From positions 7,303-71,302 of the forward strand of contig QNYO01000025.1 of assembly GCA_003978765.1 (NCBI GenBank): 64,000 bases of DNA. The letters are read 5' to 3'. Both the position numbers and the translations under genes were made by a program. This DNA comes from Hydrogenimonas sp. GTDB taxonomy: Bacteria; Campylobacterota; Campylobacteria; Campylobacterales; Hydrogenimonadaceae. Below are positions 42,384 through 51,951 of this stretch, piece after piece; position 1 is the stretch's first letter, and each line of letters begins with the position of its first letter. The notes beneath the pieces were generated by a model. It had not been told where the DNA came from, did not search any database, and saw nothing but the letters and a program-made list of their open reading frames with translations.

Positions 42384-43289
42384 CTACTTTCTATAACATT
42401 TAATATAAACACGTTTCGGTGCTGGATACCCTTCAACTGTTAGATCAGGATTGAGAGGGTCTAAAAAGTCTTTCAAACTCTCTCCTTGCATCCACTCCGT
42501 TTTTCTCTGCTCATCAGGCTCTGTTTTGACCACTTCAAGCACCTCAAACCGCTCAAAACCAGCCCTTTTACACCAATATTCGAGTGCTGTAATGGTTGGT
42601 ATAAAGTGGATATTTGAAATTTTCGAATAGGTCGATTCAGGCACCAAACAGATAGGCTCATCACCATCAATCATAAAGGTATCAAGAATTAACTCGCCAC
42701 CCTTTTTAAGGCTCTGTTTTAACGACTTTAAGGCAACAATCGGATCACTTCGATGATAGAGTACACCAAGACAAAAAACTGTGTCGAACCTATCGGCAAA
42801 ACCTACCATATGTTCAATACCAAGCATCTCATAGCGTAACGTATCACTCTTTAGATACCGATTGATCAGATCAAACTGTGAACGAAAGAGTGGTGAAGGA
42901 TCAACACCCAAAACCTGTTTGGGAGAGAACTCCAACATCCTAAACATATAGTAGCCATTATTGCATCCAACATCGGCTACCACTTTTCCCTCAAGATCCA
43001 TATAAGGACGCAGAAGGTTATACTTTTTAAAACTCTGCCACTCACTGTCAATCTGAATACCAAAAAGGTCAAATGGACCCTTTCGCCACGGCATCATCAT
43101 CTTTGCAACAGTCTGCAACCTCTCCTTTTGCGACTCCGTTATCTTATCGGATCGCAACGTTACCCAATCACCTAACTCATACTCCACGTCATCAATGGCT
43201 GGTAGTGACTCCATCGCCTCCCGAATCGGTGCGATATTTTTCCAAGACAACCATCGCTCGCGCTCTTTAATAATCTCATTGATATTCAT
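42384..43289 (-). CDS. cmoB: tRNA carboxymethyltransferase CmoB
   Basis: PWRKGPF, IDSEW, DVGCNNGYY, GVLYHR, EGYPAP.R. Confidence 0.94.
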   Translation of the reverse strand: MNINEIIKERERWLSWKNIAPIREAMESLPAIDDVEYELGDWVTLRSDKITESQKERLQTVAKMMMPWRKGPFDLFGIQIDSEWQSFKKYNLLRPYMDLEGKVVADVGCNNGYYMFRMLEFSPKQVLGVDPSPLFRSQFDLINRYLKSDTLRYEMLGIEHMVGFADRFDTVFCLGVLYHRSDPIVALKSLKQSLKKGGELILDTFMIDGDEPICLVPESTYSKISNIHFIPTITALEYWCKRAGFERFEVLEVVKTEPDEQRKTEWMQGESLKDFLDPLNPDLTVEGYPAPKRVYIKCYRK

Positions 43290-43357
43290 AAAGAGGATTA
43301 TAGTTTAAATTAGATAAAATTAGGAAATTTTAGAGCCCAATTTTTTGGAGAATATTC

Positions 43358-44266
43358 ATGACCTTGCAAAAGAGAGCGACAATCGTCAGCTCATCGGTAG
43401 CCGTCACACTTGTTGTGATTAAATTGATTGTTGGACTTATTAGCGGTTCCGTTGCTGTTTTAGCCTCTGCCATTGATTCAGGTCTTGATTTGGTAGTCTC
43501 TCTTTTTAACCTCTTTGCTGTCTCTAAAGCTGAAGAGCCAGCCGATGAAAAATTCAATTATGGTCGTGGTAAAATTGAAGCGATTGCAGCAGTGATTGAG
43601 GGCGTCATTATTACACTCTCAGGCTTCTTTATCTTCTATGAAGCGATTCAAAAGATTATGCACACCGAATCGATCACCCACCTTGATGCTTCGATTGGTG
43701 TGATGGTTGTCTCACTGATTATGACAGGTGCATTGGTTCTCTTTTTGAACCATGTCGCCGATGTTACACAGAATATGGTAATCAAGTCAGATGCACTCCA
43801 CTATAAAACTGACCTTCTTAGCAATGGTGCGATTTTAGTCTCACTCATTGTGATCTACTTTACTGACTTCTACCTCATCGATAGTATTTTGGGGATTTTA
43901 ATTGCGATCTATATTGTTTACTCAGCCTTTGAGCTGATTCAAGAGGGGGTTCTTGTTCTTTTGGATGCCTCACTCGATGATGAGATTGTGAAAAAGATTC
44001 GAGAGGTGATTGAGTCAACAGAAGGGGTCAACGATTACCACTGGCTTAGAACCCGTAAAGCAGGTAACGACTACTTTGTTGATGTCCATCTGGTCTTTAC
44101 CCCTGAAATGTCACTACTTGAAGCCCACCGTATTGGGGATAGTGTCGAAGCCAAAATTCGAGAGATTAACCCCAAAGCCAACTGGCTCATTAATATCCAC
44201 CTTGACCCTTATGATGACTCTGAAATTAACCTTGAAGAGAGTAAAAAGTTTGCACAAGCACTTTAA
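43358..44266 (+). CDS. Cation diffusion facilitator transporter (FieF-like)
   Basis: ASAIDS, YGRGKIE, DALHYKTD, IHLDP. Confidence 0.93.
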   Translation: MTLQKRATIVSSSVAVTLVVIKLIVGLISGSVAVLASAIDSGLDLVVSLFNLFAVSKAEEPADEKFNYGRGKIEAIAAVIEGVIITLSGFFIFYEAIQKIMHTESITHLDASIGVMVVSLIMTGALVLFLNHVADVTQNMVIKSDALHYKTDLLSNGAILVSLIVIYFTDFYLIDSILGILIAIYIVYSAFELIQEGVLVLLDASLDDEIVKKIREVIESTEGVNDYHWLRTRKAGNDYFVDVHLVFTPEMSLLEAHRIGDSVEAKIREINPKANWLINIHLDPYDDSEINLEESKKFAQAL

Positions 44267-44320
44267 GTGGAGTAAAAAGAGTCGATCAAAACTGCACCGC
44301 TTTAGAAGCGGGCAGACTCT

Positions 44321-45889
44321 TTAGCGTGCATAGTTAATGGCACGTGTCTCACGGATAACATTCACTTTAATTTCACCCGGATACTGAACATTCTTCTCAA
44401 TCTCTTCTGAGATCTCTTTACTCAACAACACCGCTTCATCATCATTGATCAGTGATGCATTAACAATCACCCGTACTTCACGCCCGGCATTAATCGCATA
44501 GGCGTGATGGACACCTGGTTTGGATGTGGCGATCTCTTCAATCGCCTTCACACGCTTTAAGAAGCTCTCAAGCACTTCACGCCGTGCCCCTGGTCGTGCT
44601 GCAGAGAGGGTATCAGCCGCACAGACAGCTGCCGATTCAATCGTTTCAGCCTCTTCATGACCATGGTGGGCATAGATGGCATTAATGACCACTGGATGCT
44701 CTTTATAGCGACGACACACCTCTGCACCTAAATCGACATGGCTTCCTGCATACTCATGGGTCAACGCCTTTCCAATATCGTGCAAAATCCCTGCACGCTT
44801 GGCAAGTAGCTCATCACCACCCATCTCTGCAGCCATGATACCAGCAAGGTGAGCCACTTCAAGTGAGTGACCCAGTGCATTTTGACCATAACTTGCACGA
44901 TAGCACAAGCGTCCAATCAACTTCATCAACTCTGGATGCATCGGTGCAAGTCCAAGATCGACAACAATCTGCTCACCCTCTTCTAACACCTTCTGCTCAA
45001 ACTCTTCGGTGACCTTCTCATAGATCTCTTCAATGCGTGCTGGCTGGATACGACCATCTTCGATCAAGAGTTCGATCGTACGTGTTGCAATAGCTCGTCG
45101 ATAGAGGTTAAAACTGCTTAAGATAATGGCTCCCGGTGTATCATCGATAATAATATCGACCCCAAGGAGCATCTCAAGCGTCTTAATATTGCGCCCCTCT
45201 TTTCCGATGATACGCCCTTTAAGCTCATCATCGGGTAGATGGACAACATTAATGAGACGTTCGGCAGCAAACTCGCCTGCATAGCGTGTCGTTGCCTGTG
45301 CCAAAATGTAGTTGGCCTTCCGTTTGGCCTCATTTTTGGCCTCCATCTCATATTTGCGGACAATATGTGCAATTTCGCCTCGTGCCTCCTCTTCAGCATG
45401 TTGAAGCACAAGCCTTTTAGCCTCCTCTTCTGTTAATCCCGAAGCGCGCTCTAAAATTTTAAGTGCCTCTTGACGCTTATGCTCATACTCTTTTTGCAAT
45501 CTATCCAACTGCTGTCGAAGACGTTGGAGTTCAGCCTTTTCAGTTTTGACAGCTTCACGCTCTTGGGCAACCTCCTCCAACTCCTCTTCAAGCTTTTTGG
45601 CCAACTGCTCTTCACGCTTCTCAAGTTGTGCCAAACGACCATTAAATTCGTTATTGAGCCGAGCAAGTTCCTCTTCATATTTCTGTTTTGCTTCAAGCTC
45701 TGCTTCTGTAACACGCAACTTTGCATTTTGCAAAACCACTTCTGCTTCATGCTCAATCGCTTTGGCCTTAGCTTTGGCCTGTTCGACATAGATATCATAT
45801 TTTGAAGCGTCAATTTTTTTGGTGATTAAAAATGCTGCAACGCCGCTAATTGTGGCCGCCGCACCTCCTATGATAAACTCTGTTAACAT
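44321..45889 (-). CDS. rny: Ribonuclease Y
   Basis: TM helix, coiled coil, KH (KGRIIGKEGRNI), HD (LHDIGK), SAARPGAR. Confidence 0.96.
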   Translation of the reverse strand: MLTEFIIGGAAATISGVAAFLITKKIDASKYDIYVEQAKAKAKAIEHEAEVVLQNAKLRVTEAELEAKQKYEEELARLNNEFNGRLAQLEKREEQLAKKLEEELEEVAQEREAVKTEKAELQRLRQQLDRLQKEYEHKRQEALKILERASGLTEEEAKRLVLQHAEEEARGEIAHIVRKYEMEAKNEAKRKANYILAQATTRYAGEFAAERLINVVHLPDDELKGRIIGKEGRNIKTLEMLLGVDIIIDDTPGAIILSSFNLYRRAIATRTIELLIEDGRIQPARIEEIYEKVTEEFEQKVLEEGEQIVVDLGLAPMHPELMKLIGRLCYRASYGQNALGHSLEVAHLAGIMAAEMGGDELLAKRAGILHDIGKALTHEYAGSHVDLGAEVCRRYKEHPVVINAIYAHHGHEEAETIESAAVCAADTLSAARPGARREVLESFLKRVKAIEEIATSKPGVHHAYAINAGREVRVIVNASLINDDEAVLLSKEISEEIEKNVQYPGEIKVNVIRETRAINYAR

Positions 45890-46439
45890 TATATTTCCCT
45901 CGGACAATAGTATCTTCGGGGGTTATATAGATATCAGCTTGGATATCAAAATCATCGGTAATCTTTTGTTGTGTATAGCACTTCGCAAGCTGGACAAAAA
46001 CCGTCAATGGTTTTTCTTTCAGTGATGCAAAAAATCTGTCGTACATACCTTTTCCAAATCCTATACGGCGGAGTCTCCCGTCAACCCCCACAACCGGAAC
46101 AACCGCCATCTCTATTTTTGACAGATAAAAATGTGAATTCATTGGTTCATAGATGCCAAACCGTTTTTTTCGTAGTGGCAAACGGTATTGTACCACTTTA
46201 AAACTTTCTCCTTGCATAAATGGAACATAAATTCTCAAACCCCTTCGGAAGTACCTAAACAAGGGTCTTACATCAACTTCATGCCCCATTGGAATATAGA
46301 GAAGAATCGACTTTATATTATTCTTTTTAATAATATATTCAAGCTCTTTTAAAATCTTGCGATTGCGGTAGAGTCGTCCCCTTTTTGCAGTCTTTTTTAA
46401 CCGTTTGATACAGATGTCACGAAACTGTTGCTTGTCCAT
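45846..46439 (-). CDS. 5-formyltetrahydrofolate cyclo-ligase
   Basis: FGIYEP, VVP, RIGFGKGMYDR. Confidence 0.92.
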   Translation of the reverse strand: MDKQQFRDICIKRLKKTAKRGRLYRNRKILKELEYIIKKNNIKSILLYIPMGHEVDVRPLFRYFRRGLRIYVPFMQGESFKVVQYRLPLRKKRFGIYEPMNSHFYLSKIEMAVVPVVGVDGRLRRIGFGKGMYDRFFASLKEKPLTVFVQLAKCYTQQKITDDFDIQADIYITPEDTIVRGKYNVNRVYHRRCGGHN

Positions 46440-46491
46440 TTTTAAGCCCCATTATTCTATAATAATTGCTATTTTAACCAAAAGGGATTGA

Positions 46492-47061
46492 ATGCACTTG
46501 AAACTTCTATCAGTAACCGCCTTGGTCCTTGTCGGTCTGTTGACAAGTGGCTGTGGTGATAAAGAGAAGAAAGAAGAACACTATGTACATGTTGACCATC
46601 AAGAGAAATCAACAACCTTTCAACTTCAAGATAGCAATCAAACCGTTATCGCAACCTTAACCCCAAATGGCTTAACATTTAATACAAAAGAGCCACTTGT
46701 TTTGATCAATTTCTTTGCCACATGGTGTCCGCCATGTCGTGCTGAAATTCCCCATCTTGCCAACCTACAAGAGAGGTATCGGGGTAAATTAAAAATTATC
46801 GGTATCCTTGTTGAAGAGAAGTCATCTGAAGCGATTCAGGAATTTATCCAAACCCATCAGATCAACTACTTTGTTTCCAATAGTAAAGATAATATGGCTC
46901 TTGCCAAAACAACAGCCGATATGCTCCATCAACCCCCTAACTTCTCAATTCCTATGATGGTGCTTTTTGTTCATGGCAAATATTTTCGCCACTATATCGG
47001 TATGATTCCCGAAGAGATGCTTGAAAGTGATATTAAAGAGGCTATAAAGGAGGTTCAATAA
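46492..47061 (+). CDS. TlpA-like thioredoxin lipoprotein
   Basis: Lipobox LTSGC; NFFATWCPPCRAEIP. Confidence 0.9.
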   Translation: MHLKLLSVTALVLVGLLTSGCGDKEKKEEHYVHVDHQEKSTTFQLQDSNQTVIATLTPNGLTFNTKEPLVLINFFATWCPPCRAEIPHLANLQERYRGKLKIIGILVEEKSSEAIQEFIQTHQINYFVSNSKDNMALAKTTADMLHQPPNFSIPMMVLFVHGKYFRHYIGMIPEEMLESDIKEAIKEVQ

Positions 47062-47062
47062 G

Positions 47063-48187
47063 ATGTTTGGTTTTTTAAAAAAGGGATTAAAAAAGACACT
47101 TGAAGTCATTCGTTCAACAGCACCCGTGAAACAGGAGAAGATCAGCAAAGATGAGCTTGAAGATCTCTTGCTTGAAGCTGATGTGAGTTATGAGCTTGTT
47201 GAAAAATTGATGGAGTCACTCCCAAGTAAAGTGAAACGTGTACAGCTCTATAATACACTCATTTCACTCTTTATGTACGATACACAATCCCCTCAAGCGG
47301 AGGGTCAAAAGCCCTTTGTCGATCTGATTGTCGGTGTCAATGGTGCCGGAAAAACAACCACGATTGCCAAACTGGCTCAACACTCTAAAAGTGAAGGAAA
47401 GAGTGTCATTTTAGGAGCGTCCGATACATTCCGTGCTGCAGCAATTGAGCAGTTAAAAACATGGGCTGAAAAGATTGATGTACCAATCGTCTATACCAAA
47501 CAGGGGCATGACCCATCGGCTGTTGCGTTTGATACCATTAGCTCTGCCAAAGCCAAAGGGATTGACCATGTCATTATCGATACAGCTGGACGACTCCATA
47601 CCCAAACCAACCTTGGTGAAGAGCTTAAAAAGATTGTCCGTGTCTGTGGCAAAGCACTCGAAGGGGCTCCGCATAGAAAAATCTTGATTCTTGATGGAAC
47701 GCAGGGCAATAGTGCCATTAACCAAGCCAAAGCCTTTAAAGAGATGATCGATATTAGTGGAGTGATCATTACCAAACTCGATGGTACTGCCAAAGGGGGA
47801 GCCCTCTTTAGTATTGCCGAAGAGTTAAAACTGCCTATCTACTATGTGGGTGTTGGTGAGAAGGCTGAAGATCTGATCCCATTTGATCCTAAAGAGTTTG
47901 TCAACACCATTCTTGATGCTATCTATACCGAAGAGAGTTCTGAAGATGTGGCAAAGGGTGATAATGTCGATCTTCATAACCTCACTGAGGCACAACAAAA
48001 GCGACTTGAAGAGCTTCTTAATAACGATGGATTTGATCTACTCTCGAAACACTTTGTCAGTGAAAGAGAGACCCAAGAGAGCTATCGTCTTAAGATTAAT
48101 GATGAGAGCGATGCTATCGAAGTTATCGATTCTGATGGCAATGTTCTAAAATCTTACAGTGCAGAAGTACTCGATAGCGATGGCTAA
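47063..48187 (+). CDS. ftsY: SRP receptor FtsY with a C-terminal extension
   Basis: GVNGAGKTTT, DTFRAAA, DTAGR, TKLDGTAKGG; about 85 extra acidic residues after the G domain. Confidence 0.94.
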   Translation: MFGFLKKGLKKTLEVIRSTAPVKQEKISKDELEDLLLEADVSYELVEKLMESLPSKVKRVQLYNTLISLFMYDTQSPQAEGQKPFVDLIVGVNGAGKTTTIAKLAQHSKSEGKSVILGASDTFRAAAIEQLKTWAEKIDVPIVYTKQGHDPSAVAFDTISSAKAKGIDHVIIDTAGRLHTQTNLGEELKKIVRVCGKALEGAPHRKILILDGTQGNSAINQAKAFKEMIDISGVIITKLDGTAKGGALFSIAEELKLPIYYVGVGEKAEDLIPFDPKEFVNTILDAIYTEESSEDVAKGDNVDLHNLTEAQQKRLEELLNNDGFDLLSKHFVSERETQESYRLKINDESDAIEVIDSDGNVLKSYSAEVLDSDG

Positions 48188-49529
48188 GAAAAAACAGTCT
48201 CTCTATGAGTGCCAAGCGTGTGGCATGCAAAGCGCCAAGTGGATGGGGAAATGCCCCAACTGTGGTGCTTGGGAGAGTTTTATCGAACTCTCTGCTGAAC
48301 AGCAAAAAGTTTTAAATGAGATCTCCAAAGCGACAACCTCCCCTTCCAAAGCCAAACCGATTACACAGATCGAAGAAGAAGAGGTTAGCCGATTTTCAAG
48401 TGGTGATAGTGAGCTTGATCTAGTCCTTGGGGGTGGTATCGTCCCTGGCTCACTCGTACTGATTGGTGGAAGTCCAGGGATTGGAAAATCGACCCTACTC
48501 CTTAAGATTGGAGGGAACCTTGCCCAAGAACAAAAAAGGGTGCTCTATGTCAGCGGTGAGGAGTCTGGTGGACAGATTAAGATGCGTGCCAACCGATTAG
48601 GCTCTAACCATGATAACCTCTATCTTCTTAGCGAAATACGCCTTGAAGCGGTAATGAATGAGGTAGCACGCGACCACTATGACCTTATCATTATCGACTC
48701 GATTCAAACCCTCTACTCTGAAGCAGTCCCGTCAGCACCCGGTAGCGTCACACAGGTTCGTACCATCACATTTGACCTGATGCGTCTTGCCAAAGAGAAG
48801 CAGATTCCTATCTTCATTATTGGTCATATTACCAAAGAGGGTTCGATTGCTGGTCCACGTGTCCTTGAACATATGGTCGATACTGTTCTCTACTTTGAGG
48901 GAGATGCAAGTAAAGAGATCCGTATGTTGCGTGCATTTAAAAACCGATTTGGGAGTACCAGTGAAGTGGGAATCTTTGAGATGACCCACGATGGACTTGT
49001 GAGTGCCAAAAATATCGCCAGTAAATTCTTTAGTCGAGGCAAACCACAAGCAGGTAGTGCTGTCACGGTTGTGATGGAGGGAACACGCCCCCTTGTCATA
49101 GAAGTGCAAGCACTTGTTGCTGATAGTGGCTATGGAAACCCCAAACGCTCCACCACAGGCTATGATGCCAGCCGTCTGACAATGCTCTTAGCCCTTTTAG
49201 AGAAAAAACTCGAACTGCCATTTAATCAGTATGATGTCTTTGTCAATATCGCAGGGGGAATTAAAATCAATGAACCTGCTGCTGACTTAGCCATTATCGC
49301 CGCAATTATCAGCAGTTTTAGAAACCGCCCTTTGAGTGATGAGAGTATCTTTATCGGTGAAGTGAGTCTTATTGGAGATATTCGAGAGGTTTTCCATCTT
49401 GAACAGCGTCTTCGTGAAGCACACACCCTTGGCTTTACCAAAGCAATCGTCCCCAATAAGCCCACCTTCCAAACCCCAATGAAGTGTTTTATTGCTGAAG
49501 AGGTTGCCAAAGTCGTCGAGTGGATGTAG
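48180..49529 (+). CDS. radA: DNA repair protein RadA/Sms
   Basis: CQAC..CPNC zinc finger, GSPGIGKST, KNRFG. Confidence 0.97.
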   Translation: MAKKKQSLYECQACGMQSAKWMGKCPNCGAWESFIELSAEQQKVLNEISKATTSPSKAKPITQIEEEEVSRFSSGDSELDLVLGGGIVPGSLVLIGGSPGIGKSTLLLKIGGNLAQEQKRVLYVSGEESGGQIKMRANRLGSNHDNLYLLSEIRLEAVMNEVARDHYDLIIIDSIQTLYSEAVPSAPGSVTQVRTITFDLMRLAKEKQIPIFIIGHITKEGSIAGPRVLEHMVDTVLYFEGDASKEIRMLRAFKNRFGSTSEVGIFEMTHDGLVSAKNIASKFFSRGKPQAGSAVTVVMEGTRPLVIEVQALVADSGYGNPKRSTTGYDASRLTMLLALLEKKLELPFNQYDVFVNIAGGIKINEPAADLAIIAAIISSFRNRPLSDESIFIGEVSLIGDIREVFHLEQRLREAHTLGFTKAIVPNKPTFQTPMKCFIAEEVAKVVEWM

Positions 49530-49548
49530 GCTTGGCGACTCACAAACT

Positions 49549-50616
49549 TCACCCTCTTCCCAATATCATATCAAAATTATCAACCTTTGTTGAACTCTTA
49601 TGAAGTCGTTCACATACATCACAATCCCAACACTCAAATTTACAATTTTTAATATAAGTATTCCATTTCTCAAACATCTTCTCTTCATAACCAAACTTTT
49701 TGACAATATCATATAATGGTTTAAAAACTACATCCTCACCATCTGCATAGCGTTTTACAATCTCCATTGACTGTTTCATAAGTCCAAAATCACTTCTTCC
49801 ATGAAGTTTAAAAATCTGAATATAGTTTAAGAGTTCCTCCATATCTTTTCGATATATTGGCATATTGGCATTTTGCAAGTGATACCATGGAATCTGTTGA
49901 TGCCATGCTGGACATGTTTTCATACCAAGTTCCGTTTTGAAATAGTTTATCGCCGTATCTTTAGAGTTTGAGTTATTATAATGGTAGTGTTCACTCATGG
50001 CAGGACATAACCCCTTACACCACTCATTAGCAAGAAGAATCATTGGGATATTGTATCTTTCATAAGCCTTCTTTAATCGTTTTAAGTTATCCAAATCTCT
50101 TAAATTATACCGATCAATATTGATTGCATCAAAACCAACTTTTGCATAATCAACATACTCTTGTGGTCTTGAAACTCTTTTTAAGACAGTATTTTTAATT
50201 GTCATCTCTGGAAACTCTTTTTTAAGAAGACCATTGAGCATCCAGCTATAATGAGGAATGGTAATCGATCGAAGTCCTCGTTTATAGAGTGGTTTCAACT
50301 TTTCTATAAATACATAGAGATTTTGAATTGTTGGTTCTACTAGTGTATTATTAAATGTAGCAGAAACTTTAATCCCATATTTTTCTTGAATCTGAAGCAT
50401 TACTGAAATAACTCGTCGATTCTGTGCTTCAACACCCTCTTTTGCAAGAACAGCAATATTAGCACAACCCATTGCATCATTCACAAAAGGAGGCATAATA
50501 TAGGCAAAATAGATATCATAAATATAGGAGTGATACTGCTTAATAAAAGGAAGAAACTCTTTATAAAAAAAAGTTTTATCCATCTGTGTAAAGAAAGGAA
50601 GTGAGAAAATTTTCAT
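49549..50616 (-). CDS. Cys-rich peptidase U32-like (putative Fe-S) protein, last gene of the cas operon
   Basis: LLANEWCKGLCP, TCP, FKLHGR and C-terminal CKFECWDCDVC; RBS AAGGA; 21 nt after the csm5 stop; low GC. Confidence 0.6.
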   Translation of the reverse strand: MKIFSLPFFTQMDKTFFYKEFLPFIKQYHSYIYDIYFAYIMPPFVNDAMGCANIAVLAKEGVEAQNRRVISVMLQIQEKYGIKVSATFNNTLVEPTIQNLYVFIEKLKPLYKRGLRSITIPHYSWMLNGLLKKEFPEMTIKNTVLKRVSRPQEYVDYAKVGFDAINIDRYNLRDLDNLKRLKKAYERYNIPMILLANEWCKGLCPAMSEHYHYNNSNSKDTAINYFKTELGMKTCPAWHQQIPWYHLQNANMPIYRKDMEELLNYIQIFKLHGRSDFGLMKQSMEIVKRYADGEDVVFKPLYDIVKKFGYEEKMFEKWNTYIKNCKFECWDCDVCERLHKSSTKVDNFDMILGRG

Positions 50617-50637
50617 AATAGTTCCTTAATATAAGCT

Positions 50638-51951
50638 TTATATATGCTTACTTTTAGCAAAAACTTCGTGATATTCATCCCTACCAATCCGCTCACAAAG
50701 GAGCCATCCAAAAGGGAGCATTTGGTTTTCACTCTCCTCTTTGTCAGAGAAGAACCAGCTGGTGGTCTCTTCGGTAAGGTAACACTTAATAGCAAGGCGT
50801 TTGATCGTTTTTGCTGTCTCTTCAAGCTCTGATGGTTTTTTCATGAAGTGATAGCTTTGAAGTTGTGTACGCAACTCTTTGGGATTTAGGAGCTTCTCAT
50901 CTGTCATCAAACGCTCAACAGTCTCATGATTCTCAAAGTAACTCTTCTTATAAAGCCGTTCAATTTTGGCTTCAATCTGCTCAAATGCACTATCACTTTT
51001 ATGTTTGAGATCGCAAAGTGTCACCATAATGGCACGCAGTCCCTCAATCGTCACAGAGCGTGCCCCACTATAGCGTCCGACACGAACAATAAAACGGTTC
51101 TTATCAAGCTTTAATGAAGCGATCTTCTGTTTAAATGTTTCACTCACATAGCGTGGTGTCATCTCCTGATGCGAAAAGAGTGAGGCTAAGATAGGAAGGT
51201 AGTGTTCATTGCAAGCATCGGCAATTGTCTCAAACTCTCGTAAAAGGCGTGGTTCAAAAGATTTTAACTCCAAACGTCCAACAAAGAGTGTCTCTGGCAT
51301 CATCGCTTCAACCCGTATCGAGGGTCCATGTCCCCCCTCTTCAAAACGCTCTTTGTTGAGTGCATAGCCAATCTTTGTATCCGATTGGATGGGGTGAAGA
51401 TCTGAAAGGAGAAGATTTTTCATAGGGCTAAGTGTAGGGTTACGCAACTCTTTAAAGTGTTGTCTCCATGCAGAAAAATCTTTTTGATACAACATACTCT
51501 GATAAGCGGTTGAGATCGCTCCTTTGAGACTACTACCTGAGATATAGGGCATCTTAAGATTCGTAAGCCGTTGGGTACGCATCATTTGAAACTGTTTAAA
51601 CCCCCTCTCTTTATGCTCTCGGTCATACGCTTTATAATCTCCAATTTTGGTTTCATACTCCTTGACAATCCCTTCGGAGACAGGAACAACATGGTGAGCA
51701 AGTGAGATAGCAATATCGTGGTGTGCCTGAATAAAAGCGTGAAGACGGATAAAGATGCCTGGGTCGGCTTGAGCAACTAAGTCGTTGAAGATATGGCGTT
51801 TTTGCTCATCAAGTTCACGGTAAAAGGCAAAAGGGTCAAACTCATAGAGGTGGTGGTTATGAATAATAAAGTTGGTTGGCTCATAATACTCACCTGTTCC
51901 AATATGGACAGGTGAAAGAAGCCTTACTTTTAGATAGTAGCTCTCTTTCAT
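50638..51951 (-). CDS. csm5: Type III-A CRISPR RAMP Csm5
   Basis: LSPVHIGTG, PYISGSSLKGAI, RVGRYSG, LPFGW. Confidence 0.92.
   Translation of the reverse strand: MKESYYLKVRLLSPVHIGTGEYYEPTNFIIHNHHLYEFDPFAFYRELDEQKRHIFNDLVAQADPGIFIRLHAFIQAHHDIAISLAHHVVPVSEGIVKEYETKIGDYKAYDREHKERGFKQFQMMRTQRLTNLKMPYISGSSLKGAISTAYQSMLYQKDFSAWRQHFKELRNPTLSPMKNLLLSDLHPIQSDTKIGYALNKERFEEGGHGPSIRVEAMMPETLFVGRLELKSFEPRLLREFETIADACNEHYLPILASLFSHQEMTPRYVSETFKQKIASLKLDKNRFIVRVGRYSGARSVTIEGLRAIMVTLCDLKHKSDSAFEQIEAKIERLYKKSYFENHETVERLMTDEKLLNPKELRTQLQSYHFMKKPSELEETAKTIKRLAIKCYLTEETTSWFFSDKEESENQMLPFGWLLCERIGRDEYHEVFAKSKHI

Noticed and set aside
42384-43289. Functional link between cmoB (uses ho5U) and the U32-like gene
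   Set aside because: They are about 6 kb apart in unrelated operons, and the U32-like protein does not look like canonical TrhP.
46440-46491. 6S RNA upstream of the 5-formyl-THF cyclo-ligase gene
   Set aside because: The intergenic gap is only about 50 nt, too short for 6S RNA.
50998-51008. 11-nt match (TTTATGTTTGA) between the mini-array spacer and csm5, in an orientation that could pair with csm5 mRNA
   Set aside because: Short, AT-rich and not extendable; a match of this length is expected by chance in 64 kb. It is not evidence of autoregulation.
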